A stretch of DNA of 64,000 nt from an uncultured delta proteobacterium. Its GTDB lineage: Bacteria > Myxococcota_A > Polyangia > Polyangiales > Polyangiaceae. This document shows positions 23,605-33,862 of this stretch, piece after piece. Where the stretch lies: NCBI GenBank assembly GCA_963716725.1, contig CAVQUB010000032.1, forward strand, positions 160,001-224,000. The letters run 5' to 3'. The notes beneath the pieces were generated by a model. The model was given only the letters and a program-made list of their open reading frames with translations, was not told the origin of the DNA and searched no databases. Numbering within the stretch: the first letter of the stretch is position 1; each line of letters begins with the position of its first letter. Both the position numbers and the translations under genes were made by a program.

Positions 23605-26475
23605 ATGCGTCGTTTGCCTCGGCTTGGGTCGATCCTGCTTCTTGCCACGGCTTGCGGGTCTCCACCGCCGGTCGAAAGCCCCGTCGCGCCGAGCGCGAGC
23701 ACAGGGCAGAGCGCGGCTCCGAAATCGGTCGACGAACTCGACCGACCGCTGCCGCTCGATGCACGGGTCACGAAGGGCAAGCTGGCCAATGGCCTGACCT
23801 ACTACGTGCTGCCGCATCGCAAGCCCGAGAAGCGCGCCCAGGTCTGGCTCGCCGTGGACGCCGGCTCCGTGCTCGAAGACGACGACCAGCGTGGGCTGGC
23901 GCACTTCGTCGAGCACATGGGCTTCAATGGCACCAAGCGCTTCCCGAAGCAGCAGCTCGTCGACTTCTTGGAGAAGAGCGGCGTGCGCTTCGGTGCCGAC
24001 TTGAACGCCTACACTTCGTTCGACGAGACGGTCTACATGCTGCAAGTTCCCACCGACGACGCGGGGGTTCTGGAGCAGTCGATCAAGGTGCTGCGCGACT
24101 GGGCCGACGGCATCAGCTTCGATGCGTCCGAGGTGGCCAAAGAGCGAGGCGTTGTCCTCGAAGAGTGGCGGCTCGGGCGCGGAGCGCGCATGCGCATATT
24201 CGACAAACAGGCGCCCGTGCTGTTTCACGGATCGAAGTACGCGGACCGACTGCCCATCGGCAAACCCGAGGTCATTCAGAAGGCCTCCCGCGACACCCTC
24301 GTCCGCTTTTACCGTGACTGGTATCGCCCGGATTTGATGGCGGTGGTCGCCGTCGGCGATTTTGACGCCAAGGCCATCGAGGCTCGCATCAAGTCCGAGT
24401 TTGCCTCGCTGAGTGGACCTGGCAAGCCGCGCCCGCGCCCCCGCGCGACGCTGCCCGCCCATGCCAAGACGCTGGTCAGCATCGAGACCGATCCGGAGCT
24501 GCCGAACGCAACCGTGGCCGTGGTGAGCAAGCTGCCGCATCGCCCCGAGGGCAGCGCACGTGACTACCGACGATCCATCATCGAGCAGCTCGTGGACTCC
24601 ATGCTCGACGCGCGCCTCGACGAGATGAAGCGCAAGCCCAACGCACCCTTCTTGAGCGGGTCGTCGTCCACCAGCGGCCTGGTGCGTACGGCAGACAGCT
24701 TCCGCCAGACGGCGAGCGTCAAAGAAGACGGCGTGGAGTTGGGTCTCAGCGCTTTGCTCGAAGAGACCCTGCGGGTCGAGCGCTTTGGTTTCACCTCGAC
24801 CGAGCTCGAGCGCGCCAAGAGCCAGATCTCGAGGCAGTTCCAGCAGGCCGTGAAGGAGCGCGACAAGCGCGATGGCGGCGAGTTCGCCGCCGAAATAGTG
24901 CGAAACTACCTGGAAGCCGAGGCGATGCCGGGTCGCGAAGCGGAGCTCGCGCTCGTCGAGAGGTTCTTGCCGGGCATCGAGCTCGCCGAGCTCAACGGGT
25001 TGGTCCGATCGCTCGGGGCAGGGAGCCGCGTCTTGGTGGTCACCGGCTCCGACAAGATGAAGAAGCCGAAGCCGGAGCAGGTCCTCGCGCTGCACGCGCA
25101 GGTCGAGAAGAAGAAGCTCGAGGCCTACGTCGACGCCGGCTCCAACCTCCCGCTGATGAAGGGGCCGCCGACGCCCGGGTCTATCGTGAAGACCGCTGCC
25201 ATCGCCGAGATCGCTGTCACGGAGTGGACGCTCTCCAACGGGGCGCGCGTGATCGTGAAGCCCACGGACTTCTCCAACGATCAGGTGCGCGTCGCCGCGT
25301 TTTCTCCCGGCGGACACTCACTGGCCAAGGATGCCGACTTCGCCTCGGCGCGCTTCGCGGACATCGCCGTGGGACAGGGTGGCCTCGGTCCCTTCGACGC
25401 GGTGCAGCTCAAGAAGGCGCTGGCCGGCAAGCTCGTCAGCGTGAGCGCGAGCATTTCGGAGCTGGAGGAGGGCCTGAGCGGCAGTGCGGCGCCGGCGGAT
25501 CTCGAGACCCTGCTGCAGATGGTGCACCTGGCCTTCGTGGCGCCGCGGCGGGACGCCGAGGCATTTGCGGCGTGGCGAGTTCGGGAGTCCGAGAGCGTAA
25601 AGAACCGCAGGCTCTCCCCCGAGGGCACCTTCTTCGAGGACATGACGGCGTTCAGCACCCAGAACCACCTGCGACGTCGACCCGTGACGCCGGCGTTGCT
25701 CGAGCAGGTCGATCTCGACCGTGCCCTCGCCATCTACAAGGACCGCTTCGCCGAGGCCGGGGATTTCACCTTCGTGTTCGTCGGCAACGTGGAGGTCGAG
25801 CGCCTGAAGCCACTGGTCGAGGCCTATCTCGGTAGCCTGCCGACCAAGAAACGCAAGGAAACCTGGCGCGATCCCAAGGTGATCCTGCCCGCCGGGGTGA
25901 AGACCAAGACGGTGAAGAAGGGCAGCGAGCCGAAGAGCATGGTGTCGCTGACCTTCCACGGACCCGAGAAGTGGTCGCGAGACACCGAGAACGACCTGCG
26001 CATGCTCGGCGAGGTGCTGCGCTTTCGTCTGCGTCAGGTGCTGAGAGAAGACCTGGGCGGAGTCTACGGAGTGCAGGTCGGCGGCGGCATCAACCGTCGT
26101 CCACGTCAGGAGTATCGCTTCGGAGTCTCCTTCGGCTGCGCTCCCGACAGCGTCGAGAAGCTGGAGCGGGCGGTCTTCGACGAGGTCGCCGCGATTCAGA
26201 AGAACGGCATCGGTGACGACTACATCACGAAGGTCAAAGAGGCGAGGCGCCGCGCCCACCAGACCGAGCTTCGGGACAACGGCTACTGGCTCAGGGAGCT
26301 TTCGCGGGCCTATTCCTTCGGCGACGACCCGCGGCTGATCGTCGATATCGAGCCCATGATCACCAAGGTCAGCTCCGATCGCGTGAAAGCCGCGGCCAAG
26401 AAATATCTCTCGACGAAGCAGTACCTGCTCGGGGTGCTCGAGCCCGAGACCTCGGCCCAACCGAAACAGCCCTGA
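23605..26475 (+). CDS. pqqL: M16 family zinc protease (PqqL-like), lipoprotein
   Basis: GLAHFVEHMGFNGT (HxxEH), NAYTSFDETVY, ERGVVLEEWR, FYRDWYRPD; second half WTLSNGARV; lipobox ATA-C. Confidence 0.9.
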   Translation: MRRLPRLGSILLLATACGSPPPVESPVAPSASTGQSAAPKSVDELDRPLPLDARVTKGKLANGLTYYVLPHRKPEKRAQVWLAVDAGSVLEDDDQRGLAHFVEHMGFNGTKRFPKQQLVDFLEKSGVRFGADLNAYTSFDETVYMLQVPTDDAGVLEQSIKVLRDWADGISFDASEVAKERGVVLEEWRLGRGARMRIFDKQAPVLFHGSKYADRLPIGKPEVIQKASRDTLVRFYRDWYRPDLMAVVAVGDFDAKAIEARIKSEFASLSGPGKPRPRPRATLPAHAKTLVSIETDPELPNATVAVVSKLPHRPEGSARDYRRSIIEQLVDSMLDARLDEMKRKPNAPFLSGSSSTSGLVRTADSFRQTASVKEDGVELGLSALLEETLRVERFGFTSTELERAKSQISRQFQQAVKERDKRDGGEFAAEIVRNYLEAEAMPGREAELALVERFLPGIELAELNGLVRSLGAGSRVLVVTGSDKMKKPKPEQVLALHAQVEKKKLEAYVDAGSNLPLMKGPPTPGSIVKTAAIAEIAVTEWTLSNGARVIVKPTDFSNDQVRVAAFSPGGHSLAKDADFASARFADIAVGQGGLGPFDAVQLKKALAGKLVSVSASISELEEGLSGSAAPADLETLLQMVHLAFVAPRRDAEAFAAWRVRESESVKNRRLSPEGTFFEDMTAFSTQNHLRRRPVTPALLEQVDLDRALAIYKDRFAEAGDFTFVFVGNVEVERLKPLVEAYLGSLPTKKRKETWRDPKVILPAGVKTKTVKKGSEPKSMVSLTFHGPEKWSRDTENDLRMLGEVLRFRLRQVLREDLGGVYGVQVGGGINRRPRQEYRFGVSFGCAPDSVEKLERAVFDEVAAIQKNGIGDDYITKVKEARRRAHQTELRDNGYWLRELSRAYSFGDDPRLIVDIEPMITKVSSDRVKAAAKKYLSTKQYLLGVLEPETSAQPKQP

Positions 26476-26479
26476 AGCG

Positions 26480-27040
26480 TCAACGCATGCCGCTCGACGC
26501 GTAGGCAAAGAGCCCAGCAACGGCGACGAGGTCGAGCTCGAAGAGCAGCGACGTCGCGCTCATTCCGCGATCGTCGAAGGTGCCGTCGAGCCGGATGCCG
26601 ACTCGGAAGTCGTAGAGGTAGGCCGGAACGACCAGCTCCGAGAGCGCGCCGAGGACGAGGCGCCGGACGTGATCGTTGCCGTCTCCGCTGCCCCGAGGGC
26701 CGGCGAACCCGCCGACTCGGACATCGAAGATGTCGAAGCTCACCACCGGCACCGTGGCCATGGCGCCGTAGGACCACATGGTGTGGGTGCGCGCGTCGAT
26801 CAGGTACTCCGCGTAGGCCCCGAAGCCGAAGCCGCGTCCCGTCGAGGTCGGGTAGACCAGCAGCGCCGGCCGGAAGCCCCAGGTGAATGCGTGGAGCTTC
26901 TCTCGGCCCCAGGTGCTCCCGAGGGGCATCGAGACGTTGGCACGGACCGGCCACGCCGGCGGCCCGGCCTCGGCGTGGGCGAGACCCGGCGCGAGGACGA
27001 GCGCGAGGAGGCCGGATCCGCGCTTCAGCACTGCGATCAT
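26480..27040 (-). CDS. Hypothetical exported/outer-membrane protein
   Basis: Signal peptide ending AHA, followed by a beta-strand-rich sequence. Confidence 0.6.
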   Translation of the reverse strand: MIAVLKRGSGLLALVLAPGLAHAEAGPPAWPVRANVSMPLGSTWGREKLHAFTWGFRPALLVYPTSTGRGFGFGAYAEYLIDARTHTMWSYGAMATVPVVSFDIFDVRVGGFAGPRGSGDGNDHVRRLVLGALSELVVPAYLYDFRVGIRLDGTFDDRGMSATSLLFELDLVAVAGLFAYASSGMR

Positions 27041-27167
27041 CGTCGCCGACAAGCTAGCATGGCGCTACAAGTCGACTGCTGGAGCGCCATTTCCGGCGCC
27101 ACGCGGGCCGACTTGATCCCGGTCAAAGCGCGCCGAGCGCACGTCCGGCACCTAGAGACGACCTGCC

Positions 27168-28796
27168 ATGAGTGGAACCGAACACGACGTGATCATCATC
27201 GGGGGCGGACACCACGGGCTCACTTGCGCGGCGTACCTAGCGCGCGCCGGATTGGACGTGTGCCTGCTCGAAGGGCGCCACGAGTGGGGAGGCGCCCTGT
27301 ACACGGCGGAGGTCACCGCACCGGGCTTCTGCCACAACATTCACGCGAACTTCATGGAGTTCCTTCACATCATGCCCTTCTTTGCAGACTTCGATCTGCC
27401 GAGCCTCGGGGCACGCACCATCCACCCGGAGATCCAGGCGGGCATCGCCTTCCGCGACGGGCGCCCGCCGGTGCTGATCTATCGAAGCGACATGATCGAG
27501 GAGACGGCGAAGAGCTTCGCTGTGTACTCGGAGCGGGACGCCGACGCCTGGCGCGAGCTGAAGGCAAAGGCGAACATGTTCGAGCTGGTCATGGCCGCGG
27601 CGCTCTACACGCCGCCCGCCAAATGGAACCCGAACGAAAGCCTGCCCAACCCGCTCTTGGCCACCCAGAGCTCCTTCAGCATGTTCGGTCTCGACGAGGA
27701 GATGGCGTTCAAGACCGTCCGCGATTGCATCGACGAGTACTTCGAGTCCGACGAGGTGCGCGCGCTGCTCTACCGCGTCGCCATCGAGTTCGCCGCGCCC
27801 AGCCTCGAGTGGCCGGGATCGGGCTACTTTTTCCTGTTTGCCTGCCTGTTCATGCCGGGTTGCTGGCGCATGATGGTGGGCGGCACGCACCGACTCAATG
27901 GGGCCATGGTCACCGCCTGCATCAAGGAGGGCGTGACCATGCTCGAGTCGAGCCGGGTCAAGCGCATCCTGCTCGATGGCGGCCGCGCCGCTGGGGTCGA
28001 GCTGGTGGACGGCAAGCGCCTGAGCGCGAGGAAGGCAGTGGTCAGCGCGATTGGTCTCAAGGACACGCTGCTCGATCTGGTGGGTGCGGATCATCTATCG
28101 CCGTACACCCAGCGGCGCGCGAAGAATTTCAAAGAGGGGCCGGACCAGGTGCTCGGTTCGGTGGCGATGGCCCTGCACGAGCCGCCCAAGTACAAGAGCG
28201 CGCGCTGGGATCCCGGCATCGACCGCGCCTGGTACCAAGTGGTCGGCTACGACAGCGCCAAGGACGTGCTCGACTACTGCCGCGCCGGGCACTCTGACCG
28301 AGTGCCGGAGCTGCCGGCGGCGGCGGTGTGGGTGAACTCGCTGTGGGACGCGACGCAGGCTCCGCCCGGCAAGCACAACCTGACGGGTTGGTATTTCTTC
28401 CCGAAGGCGAGCGCGCTCAGCGAAGCCGAGTGGGAAGAGGTGCGCGTCAGCTACAACGATCGCTTCCTGAAGCTCTTTGGCGAGTTCGCGCCCAACATGA
28501 CCCGGAAGAACGTGATCGCGGACTCCCTTCACACGCCCCTCGATCAGGAGCGTGGCATGCGCATGCGCGAGGGTGATTTTGGCCACGGCGCCATGAGCTT
28601 GGATCAGTTGATGGGGCTTCGGCCCTTCGCCGGCGTGGCCCACCACGGCACCGAGATCCCCGGACTCTACCTGGCCGGCAGCTGCATGCACCCGGGCGGA
28701 GGCGTCACCGCGGCCTGCGGTTACAACGCCGTCAAAGTGCTCTGCCAAGACCTCGAGCTGCCGCCGGTGTGGCAGAACTCCAGCCGGTTCTACTGA
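27168..28796 (+). CDS. Phytoene desaturase-like FAD oxidoreductase (CrtI/PYROXD2 superfamily), copy 1
   Basis: IIIGGGHHGL..AAYLAR, GG..TAEVT.PGF.HN.H, APPGKH, GLYLAGSCMHPGGGV. Confidence 0.88.
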   Translation: MSGTEHDVIIIGGGHHGLTCAAYLARAGLDVCLLEGRHEWGGALYTAEVTAPGFCHNIHANFMEFLHIMPFFADFDLPSLGARTIHPEIQAGIAFRDGRPPVLIYRSDMIEETAKSFAVYSERDADAWRELKAKANMFELVMAAALYTPPAKWNPNESLPNPLLATQSSFSMFGLDEEMAFKTVRDCIDEYFESDEVRALLYRVAIEFAAPSLEWPGSGYFFLFACLFMPGCWRMMVGGTHRLNGAMVTACIKEGVTMLESSRVKRILLDGGRAAGVELVDGKRLSARKAVVSAIGLKDTLLDLVGADHLSPYTQRRAKNFKEGPDQVLGSVAMALHEPPKYKSARWDPGIDRAWYQVVGYDSAKDVLDYCRAGHSDRVPELPAAAVWVNSLWDATQAPPGKHNLTGWYFFPKASALSEAEWEEVRVSYNDRFLKLFGEFAPNMTRKNVIADSLHTPLDQERGMRMREGDFGHGAMSLDQLMGLRPFAGVAHHGTEIPGLYLAGSCMHPGGGVTAACGYNAVKVLCQDLELPPVWQNSSRFY

Positions 28797-28804
28797 GGCG
28801 CGCC

Positions 28805-30409
28805 ATGGGCATGTTCGATCAAGGTTTCGACGCGATCATCATCGGCGCGGGCCACAACGGCATGGCGCTCGCGGCGTATCTGGCCAAGTCGGGTTGGTCG
28901 GTGGCGGTGCTCGAGCGACGCACCGAAGAGGGCGGCGGCCTGTGCACTGAAGAGGTCACCGAGCCGAACTTCTTGCACAATCTGCACTCGAACTACCACT
29001 CGCTGGTGGGCATCTGCCCGGTCTACGACGATCTCGAACTGACCCAGAACGGCGTCGAGTACGTGCATCCGGACGTCCAGATGGGCAGCATCTTCTCTGA
29101 CGGCACTGCGCTCACCATCCACACGGACATGCAGAAGACGGCCGCGAGCTTCGCGCGCTTCTCGCAGAAGGACGCCGACACGTGGATGCGCCTGTGGGAC
29201 GAGGTGAGCGGCTACATGGACTTGATGGTGCGCACGCTGATGTACGCGCCGCCCATCGCCTTGAACGACATCACCCGCGCGCTGGCCTCATGGGGCGTGG
29301 AGGACAGGAGCGAGTTCCTCACTGCCCGCCTCCGCTCGATGAGCGTCGCGGAGTTTCTGGACAAACACTTCGAGAACGACCGGATCAAGGCCATGCTGGC
29401 GTTTCACGCGGCGGTTTGCGCCTATCAGCCCCAGATCAAGGGCCTGGCGGTCAGCTATCCGGTGCTGCTCGGCAAGATCGCCAACTGGCACGTGTGCAAG
29501 GGCGGCAGCCACCGCCTGGCCCACGCGCTGATGCGGGTGATCGTCAAGGCAGGAGGGCGGGTTTTTCCGCAGGTTCCAGTGCAGAAGATCGTGGTCGAGG
29601 GCGGCCGCGCGGTCGGAGTCATGACGCCCGACGGCTTCGTGCGCGCGCACAAGCTGGTGGCGTCCAGCATCGACGTGAACCAGACCTTCGAGACCCTGCT
29701 CGACGCCGAGCTCGTGCCCGAGCGCACTCGGCGCGAGGTCGCCAAGGTGCAGTACCAAGACGCGACGCTCTTCAATGCGCACGTGGCCATGAACGGCCTG
29801 CCGCGTTACAAGGCCGCCGCCTTCGACGCCGACATCGATCGCGCCTGGATCCTCAATATCGGCTTCGAGAGCCTCGCGGACTTCGAGCAAGAGTTCGCCC
29901 TCGTGCGCGCCGGTCGCCTGCCCGAGCGGCCGCGACTGAACGTCGCGGTCAACTCGCTCTACGATCCGACCGACGCGCCGGAGGGCAAGGCCACGGGCCT
30001 GGTCCGGGTGTTCGCCCCATTTGCCCTCGACGAGGGCGGCGCCGAAGCCTGGAGCCGCGTCTCGCGCAGCTACGGCGAAGCTTGTCTCCAGCGCTGGCGC
30101 GAGGTCATGGTGGACGACGACGCACGCGGCATCGTGCGACGCTTCGCCACTGAGTCACCCCTCGAGATCAGCCAGAAGATGATCAACTACCGATTCGGTG
30201 ACTGGATGGTCGGCCGCGTGCACCCGAAGAACCTGCTCGAGCACCGCCCCACCGACGAGCTCGCCGGCTACCGCACGCCCATCTCCGGTCTGTACCTGTG
30301 CGGCGCTTCGCAGCACCCCCACGGCTACATCACTTTCGCTCCGGGCTACAACGCCCTGGGCGTCATCGCCGAGGATCTGGGCCTCGACAAATGGTGGGAT
30401 CAGGTTTGA
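28805..30409 (+). CDS. Phytoene desaturase-like FAD oxidoreductase, copy 2
   Basis: IIIGAGHNG..LAAYLAK, GGGL.TEEVT, DPTDAPEGK, YRTPISGLYLCGASQHPHG. Confidence 0.88.
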   Translation: MGMFDQGFDAIIIGAGHNGMALAAYLAKSGWSVAVLERRTEEGGGLCTEEVTEPNFLHNLHSNYHSLVGICPVYDDLELTQNGVEYVHPDVQMGSIFSDGTALTIHTDMQKTAASFARFSQKDADTWMRLWDEVSGYMDLMVRTLMYAPPIALNDITRALASWGVEDRSEFLTARLRSMSVAEFLDKHFENDRIKAMLAFHAAVCAYQPQIKGLAVSYPVLLGKIANWHVCKGGSHRLAHALMRVIVKAGGRVFPQVPVQKIVVEGGRAVGVMTPDGFVRAHKLVASSIDVNQTFETLLDAELVPERTRREVAKVQYQDATLFNAHVAMNGLPRYKAAAFDADIDRAWILNIGFESLADFEQEFALVRAGRLPERPRLNVAVNSLYDPTDAPEGKATGLVRVFAPFALDEGGAEAWSRVSRSYGEACLQRWREVMVDDDARGIVRRFATESPLEISQKMINYRFGDWMVGRVHPKNLLEHRPTDELAGYRTPISGLYLCGASQHPHGYITFAPGYNALGVIAEDLGLDKWWDQV

Positions 30410-30900
30410 AGGACCGCCCGCGCGTGCAGTTGCTCGATGCGGACTCGGCCAGCGGGCTCGCCGATCTGCTCCACCAGTTCCTGGAGCAGACCGTGGATGC
30501 TTCTGAGGCCAAGGCCAATGCCGCCCGCGCGCTCCGGGGGGAAGTTGTCGTGCGCGCCTCCGAGGACGAAGCCATCGCCGTTCGCATCGCGTTCCGCGGC
30601 GACCAGATCGAGCTCAGCGACATCGGCGGGCAGGGTCCGGGCTCGGCGCCCAGCATCCAGGGCGATTTCCTGTCGGTGGCCCACGTGACCAGCGGGCAGG
30701 CCAGCCCCATGGCGTTGGTGCTGCGCCGGCAGTTGCGAGTGTCGTTCGGGCTGGCGCAACTTCCGTTCCTGTTTCGGGTGCTCGGATTCATGCGCGTGGA
30801 CGACGGCGCGCGGGCTGCTCGCCGCGTGCTCGTGCCCGCGCTCGTGCTCGTGCTCGCGCTCGCGCTCGTACTCGTGCTCGTGTTCTCTTTCCGCAAATGA
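30406..30900 (+). CDS. SCP2-like lipid-binding protein with a C-terminal membrane anchor
   Basis: TTG start overlapping the previous TGA; IQGDFLSV...GQASPMALVLRRQLRV is an SCP2-like pattern; C-terminal hydrophobic helix followed by FRK. Confidence 0.6.
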   Translation: MKDRPRVQLLDADSASGLADLLHQFLEQTVDASEAKANAARALRGEVVVRASEDEAIAVRIAFRGDQIELSDIGGQGPGSAPSIQGDFLSVAHVTSGQASPMALVLRRQLRVSFGLAQLPFLFRVLGFMRVDDGARAARRVLVPALVLVLALALVLVLVFSFRK

Positions 30901-30915
30901 ACCTGGAGGTCCCCA

Positions 30916-31365
30916 ATGCCCGCCATCTACTCGGACGCCTGGTACGACGACATGAAGACGCTGATCAACGGATCGCCCGAGTTCAGAAAACTGGCACCGA
31001 AGCCGCGCACGGTGATGACTCTGGAGGTCGTTGGCGACGGCAAGAGCCCGTACGTGCCGAACGGCGACGCCTCGTACTATCTGGTCGTGCTCGATGACGG
31101 ACAGGTGACGGAGTACCGGCCCCTCGCCGAGCGGCACGACGGCAAGGGCCTGGGCTTTCGCTTCACCGCCCCGGCGACGGTGTGGGAGAACATCGCAGCC
31201 GGTCTCTCGGACCCCATCACCTGCGGCCTGCGCGGTCAGATCAAGATCCGTGGCGACATGCGCTTTTTGATGCAGAACGCCGACGCCGTGAAGATCCTCG
31301 TCGACCTCTACGGTCGCCAGGGCCAGACCGAATGGCCCCAGGGAAAGCCGCCGTACCCTGGGTGA
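30916..31365 (+). CDS. SCP2 sterol/lipid-binding domain protein
   Basis: GGAGG RBS; YSDAWY...IN.SPEF; ATVWENIAAGLSDPITCGLRGQIKIRGDM. Confidence 0.8.
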   Translation: MPAIYSDAWYDDMKTLINGSPEFRKLAPKPRTVMTLEVVGDGKSPYVPNGDASYYLVVLDDGQVTEYRPLAERHDGKGLGFRFTAPATVWENIAAGLSDPITCGLRGQIKIRGDMRFLMQNADAVKILVDLYGRQGQTEWPQGKPPYPG

Positions 31366-31456
31366 GACAGCGGTCATTTACGACCTGGGTCCGAGCGGGT
31401 AAGCCGTTGACTGGTGCGGGGAGGCGGGTCGCGTCCCCATCAATCAGGAGGCAGCG

Positions 31457-32824
31457 GTGAACGATCACGTGAAGTACACGCTCGACGAGTCCGAGATCCC
31501 CAAGGCTTGGTACAACATCGCGGCTGATCTGCCGACGCCACCCGTGCCTCCCTTGCATCCGGGAACCGGTCAACCCATCGGCCCCGACGACTTGGCGCCG
31601 CTCTTCCCAATGGCGCTGATCCAGCAAGAGGTGAGTGCGGAGCGTTGGATCGAGATCCCGGACCCCGTGCGTGACGTGTACCGCCAGTGGCGCGTGACTC
31701 CGATGCACCGAGCGCGCCGCCTCGAGAAGGCGCTGGGGACGCCCGCGAAGATCTACTACAAGTACGAAGGCACCAGCCCGAGCGGCAGTCACAAACCGAA
31801 CACCGCGGTGCCGCAGGCATTCTTCAACAAAGAAGCCGGCGTGAAGCGCATCAGCACCGAGACCGGTGCCGGTCAGTGGGGCTCGTCGATGGCCTTCGCC
31901 GGAGCGCTGTTCGGCATCCAGGTCAAGGTCTACATGGTCAAGGTCAGCTTCGATCAGAAGCCGTACCGCAAGGCGTTGATGCAAGCCTTTGGCGCCGAGT
32001 GTGTCGCGAGCCCCAGCACCGAGACCGAGTCGGGGCGCGCCATCTTGGCGGCGGATCCCAACAGCCCGGGCAGCCTCGGCATCGCCATCAGCGAGGCGGT
32101 GGAGGTCGCTGCGAAGAACGACGATACGAAGTACGCCCTCGGCAGCGTGCTCAACCACGTGCTCTTGCACCAGACCGTCATCGGTCTCGAGGCGCTGAAG
32201 CAGATGGAGGTCGCCGGGGACTACCCGGACATCGTGATCGGCTGTGCCGGTGGCGGCTCGAACTTCGCGGGCCTGGTGTTTCCCTTCATCGGTGAGCAGC
32301 TCCGCGGCGGCAAGAAGGTCCGGGCCATCGCCAGCGAGCCCTCCGCGTGCCCCACGCTCACTCGGGGCAAGTTCGCCTACGATTTCGGCGACACCGGTCA
32401 CCTGACGCCGCTGGTCAAGATGCACACCCTCGGCTCCACCTTCGTCCCGCCGGCGTTCCATGCAGGCGGCCTGCGCTATCACGGGATGGCGCCCTTGGTC
32501 AGCCACCTGAAAGACCTCGGTTTGATCGAGGCCAAGGCGTACCACCAGCGGCCGTGCTTCGAGGCGGCGATCCAGTTCGCCAAGGCCGAAGGCATCATCC
32601 CAGCGCCCGAGTCGAGCCACGCGGTGCGCGCCGCCATCGACGAGGCGCTGCGCTGCAAGGAAGAGGGCGTGTCCCGCGTGATCCTGTTCAACCTGTCGGG
32701 ACACGGCCACTTCGACATGGGCGCGTACACGGAGTTCTTGAGCGGGAACCTCGAAGATCGCGACTACGACGAGAAGGCGCTGACCGCCGCGCTGGCCGCG
32801 CTGCCGGCGGTCGCAGCGGGCTGA
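31457..32824 (+). CDS. trpB2: TrpB2-type (stand-alone) tryptophan synthase beta-like PLP enzyme
   Basis: [76 protein letters not shown]. Confidence 0.93.
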   Translation: MNDHVKYTLDESEIPKAWYNIAADLPTPPVPPLHPGTGQPIGPDDLAPLFPMALIQQEVSAERWIEIPDPVRDVYRQWRVTPMHRARRLEKALGTPAKIYYKYEGTSPSGSHKPNTAVPQAFFNKEAGVKRISTETGAGQWGSSMAFAGALFGIQVKVYMVKVSFDQKPYRKALMQAFGAECVASPSTETESGRAILAADPNSPGSLGIAISEAVEVAAKNDDTKYALGSVLNHVLLHQTVIGLEALKQMEVAGDYPDIVIGCAGGGSNFAGLVFPFIGEQLRGGKKVRAIASEPSACPTLTRGKFAYDFGDTGHLTPLVKMHTLGSTFVPPAFHAGGLRYHGMAPLVSHLKDLGLIEAKAYHQRPCFEAAIQFAKAEGIIPAPESSHAVRAAIDEALRCKEEGVSRVILFNLSGHGHFDMGAYTEFLSGNLEDRDYDEKALTAALAALPAVAAG

Positions 32825-32909
32825 CGGCTGACCCGGTGTCGGGGCCCGATCGCGTTGGCGCGTGGGGCCCCGGCTTCGCCAAGTTCCGAGGGCGTGCGCT
32901 GGTTGCCCG

Positions 32910-33791
32910 TCAGTCGCTCGACTCGCCAGCGCGCTGGCCCAGGAGGACCTTGCGCGGGCCGTCTTTGATCACGTCGGCCAGGAGCTCACGCTGCGCCGGG
33001 GTGAACACTCCGAGCACCGTCTCGGTGCGGCGACTCGCGCGGGCGACGTGCTTGCGCAGCACGCCGGCCTTCTTTTCTTGAAAGGAGGTCAACGCCGTTT
33101 CGAAGTCGTCGGTTTCGAAGGCGCTCACGAGCGCGAGCAGCTGTTCGCGGCTGGGTCGTAGGCGCTCCTTGTCGTCGAGCAGCTCCTTCTTGATGGCCTT
33201 CAGCTGATCGATCTGCAGCGTCGAGAGCATCAGGTGAGAGGCGAGACGGTTGAAGCCGTGGCGCTGGCGCTGCTCGGCCCGCGCGCGGAACTTCTCGTCG
33301 ATCCGCCGCCGGAGCTCGACCGCCACCGCGGCACGCTGTTCGGGCTCGAGAACGGCGTGCACTTCGCCGAGGGCGTCCGCGCCTCGCCGCATGCGGCCTT
33401 CGATGCTGCTCGCCGCCTGACTGACCGCTCGATCGACCTCGGTGGGGTCGGCGCGGCCGGCCCGCACGACGGCGATGGCGGTGCTGCGGAGCTCCTCCCG
33501 GACCTGCCGGTGGCTTCCGGAGTCCGCCGCCAGATCCTCCGAGATCACCCCCAGGGTTTGCTCTTGGGCGGCGCTCAGGTTCCCGTGGGTTCGCGCGACG
33601 TCAATCACCACGCCCACGGGTCCCAGCGGCTGTCGGTGGCCTTGGGAGACCAGCTCCGACTCGGATTGCTCGTCGTTCGGGGCTTCCTCACGAACTGTCG
33701 CGGCGCAGGCCGCGGCCCCGAGGACGGCGACGGTTCCCACCACGGCCGCCAGTCGGCGGAGCCGGGTTCGTTCCTGGGCTTGGTTCTTCAT
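32910..33791 (-). CDS. Lipoprotein with duplicated Spy/CpxP-like (LTXXQ) domains
   Basis: Lipobox AAA-C; LSAAQ, VLEPEQR, LSTLQ and VFTPAQR; helical and charged. Confidence 0.65.
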   Translation of the reverse strand: MKNQAQERTRLRRLAAVVGTVAVLGAAACAATVREEAPNDEQSESELVSQGHRQPLGPVGVVIDVARTHGNLSAAQEQTLGVISEDLAADSGSHRQVREELRSTAIAVVRAGRADPTEVDRAVSQAASSIEGRMRRGADALGEVHAVLEPEQRAAVAVELRRRIDEKFRARAEQRQRHGFNRLASHLMLSTLQIDQLKAIKKELLDDKERLRPSREQLLALVSAFETDDFETALTSFQEKKAGVLRKHVARASRRTETVLGVFTPAQRELLADVIKDGPRKVLLGQRAGESSD

Positions 33792-33862
33792 GGCATCCAG
33801 TCTAGGGCGTCAAGGCCAAAGCGCACGCCCCCGGGCGCATTCGACACAATTCTTCACACATC

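Noticed and set aside
23071..26520. Long antisense ORFs (23071..25317, 25318..26520, and similar ones such as 10663..12216 and 52148..54016)
   Set aside because: These are shadow frames of well-supported genes, expected at this GC content, and have no recognisable motifs.
27168..30409. Carotenoid biosynthesis cluster
   Set aside because: No phytoene synthase, GGPP synthase or cyclase is nearby, and family membership alone does not imply carotenoid synthesis.
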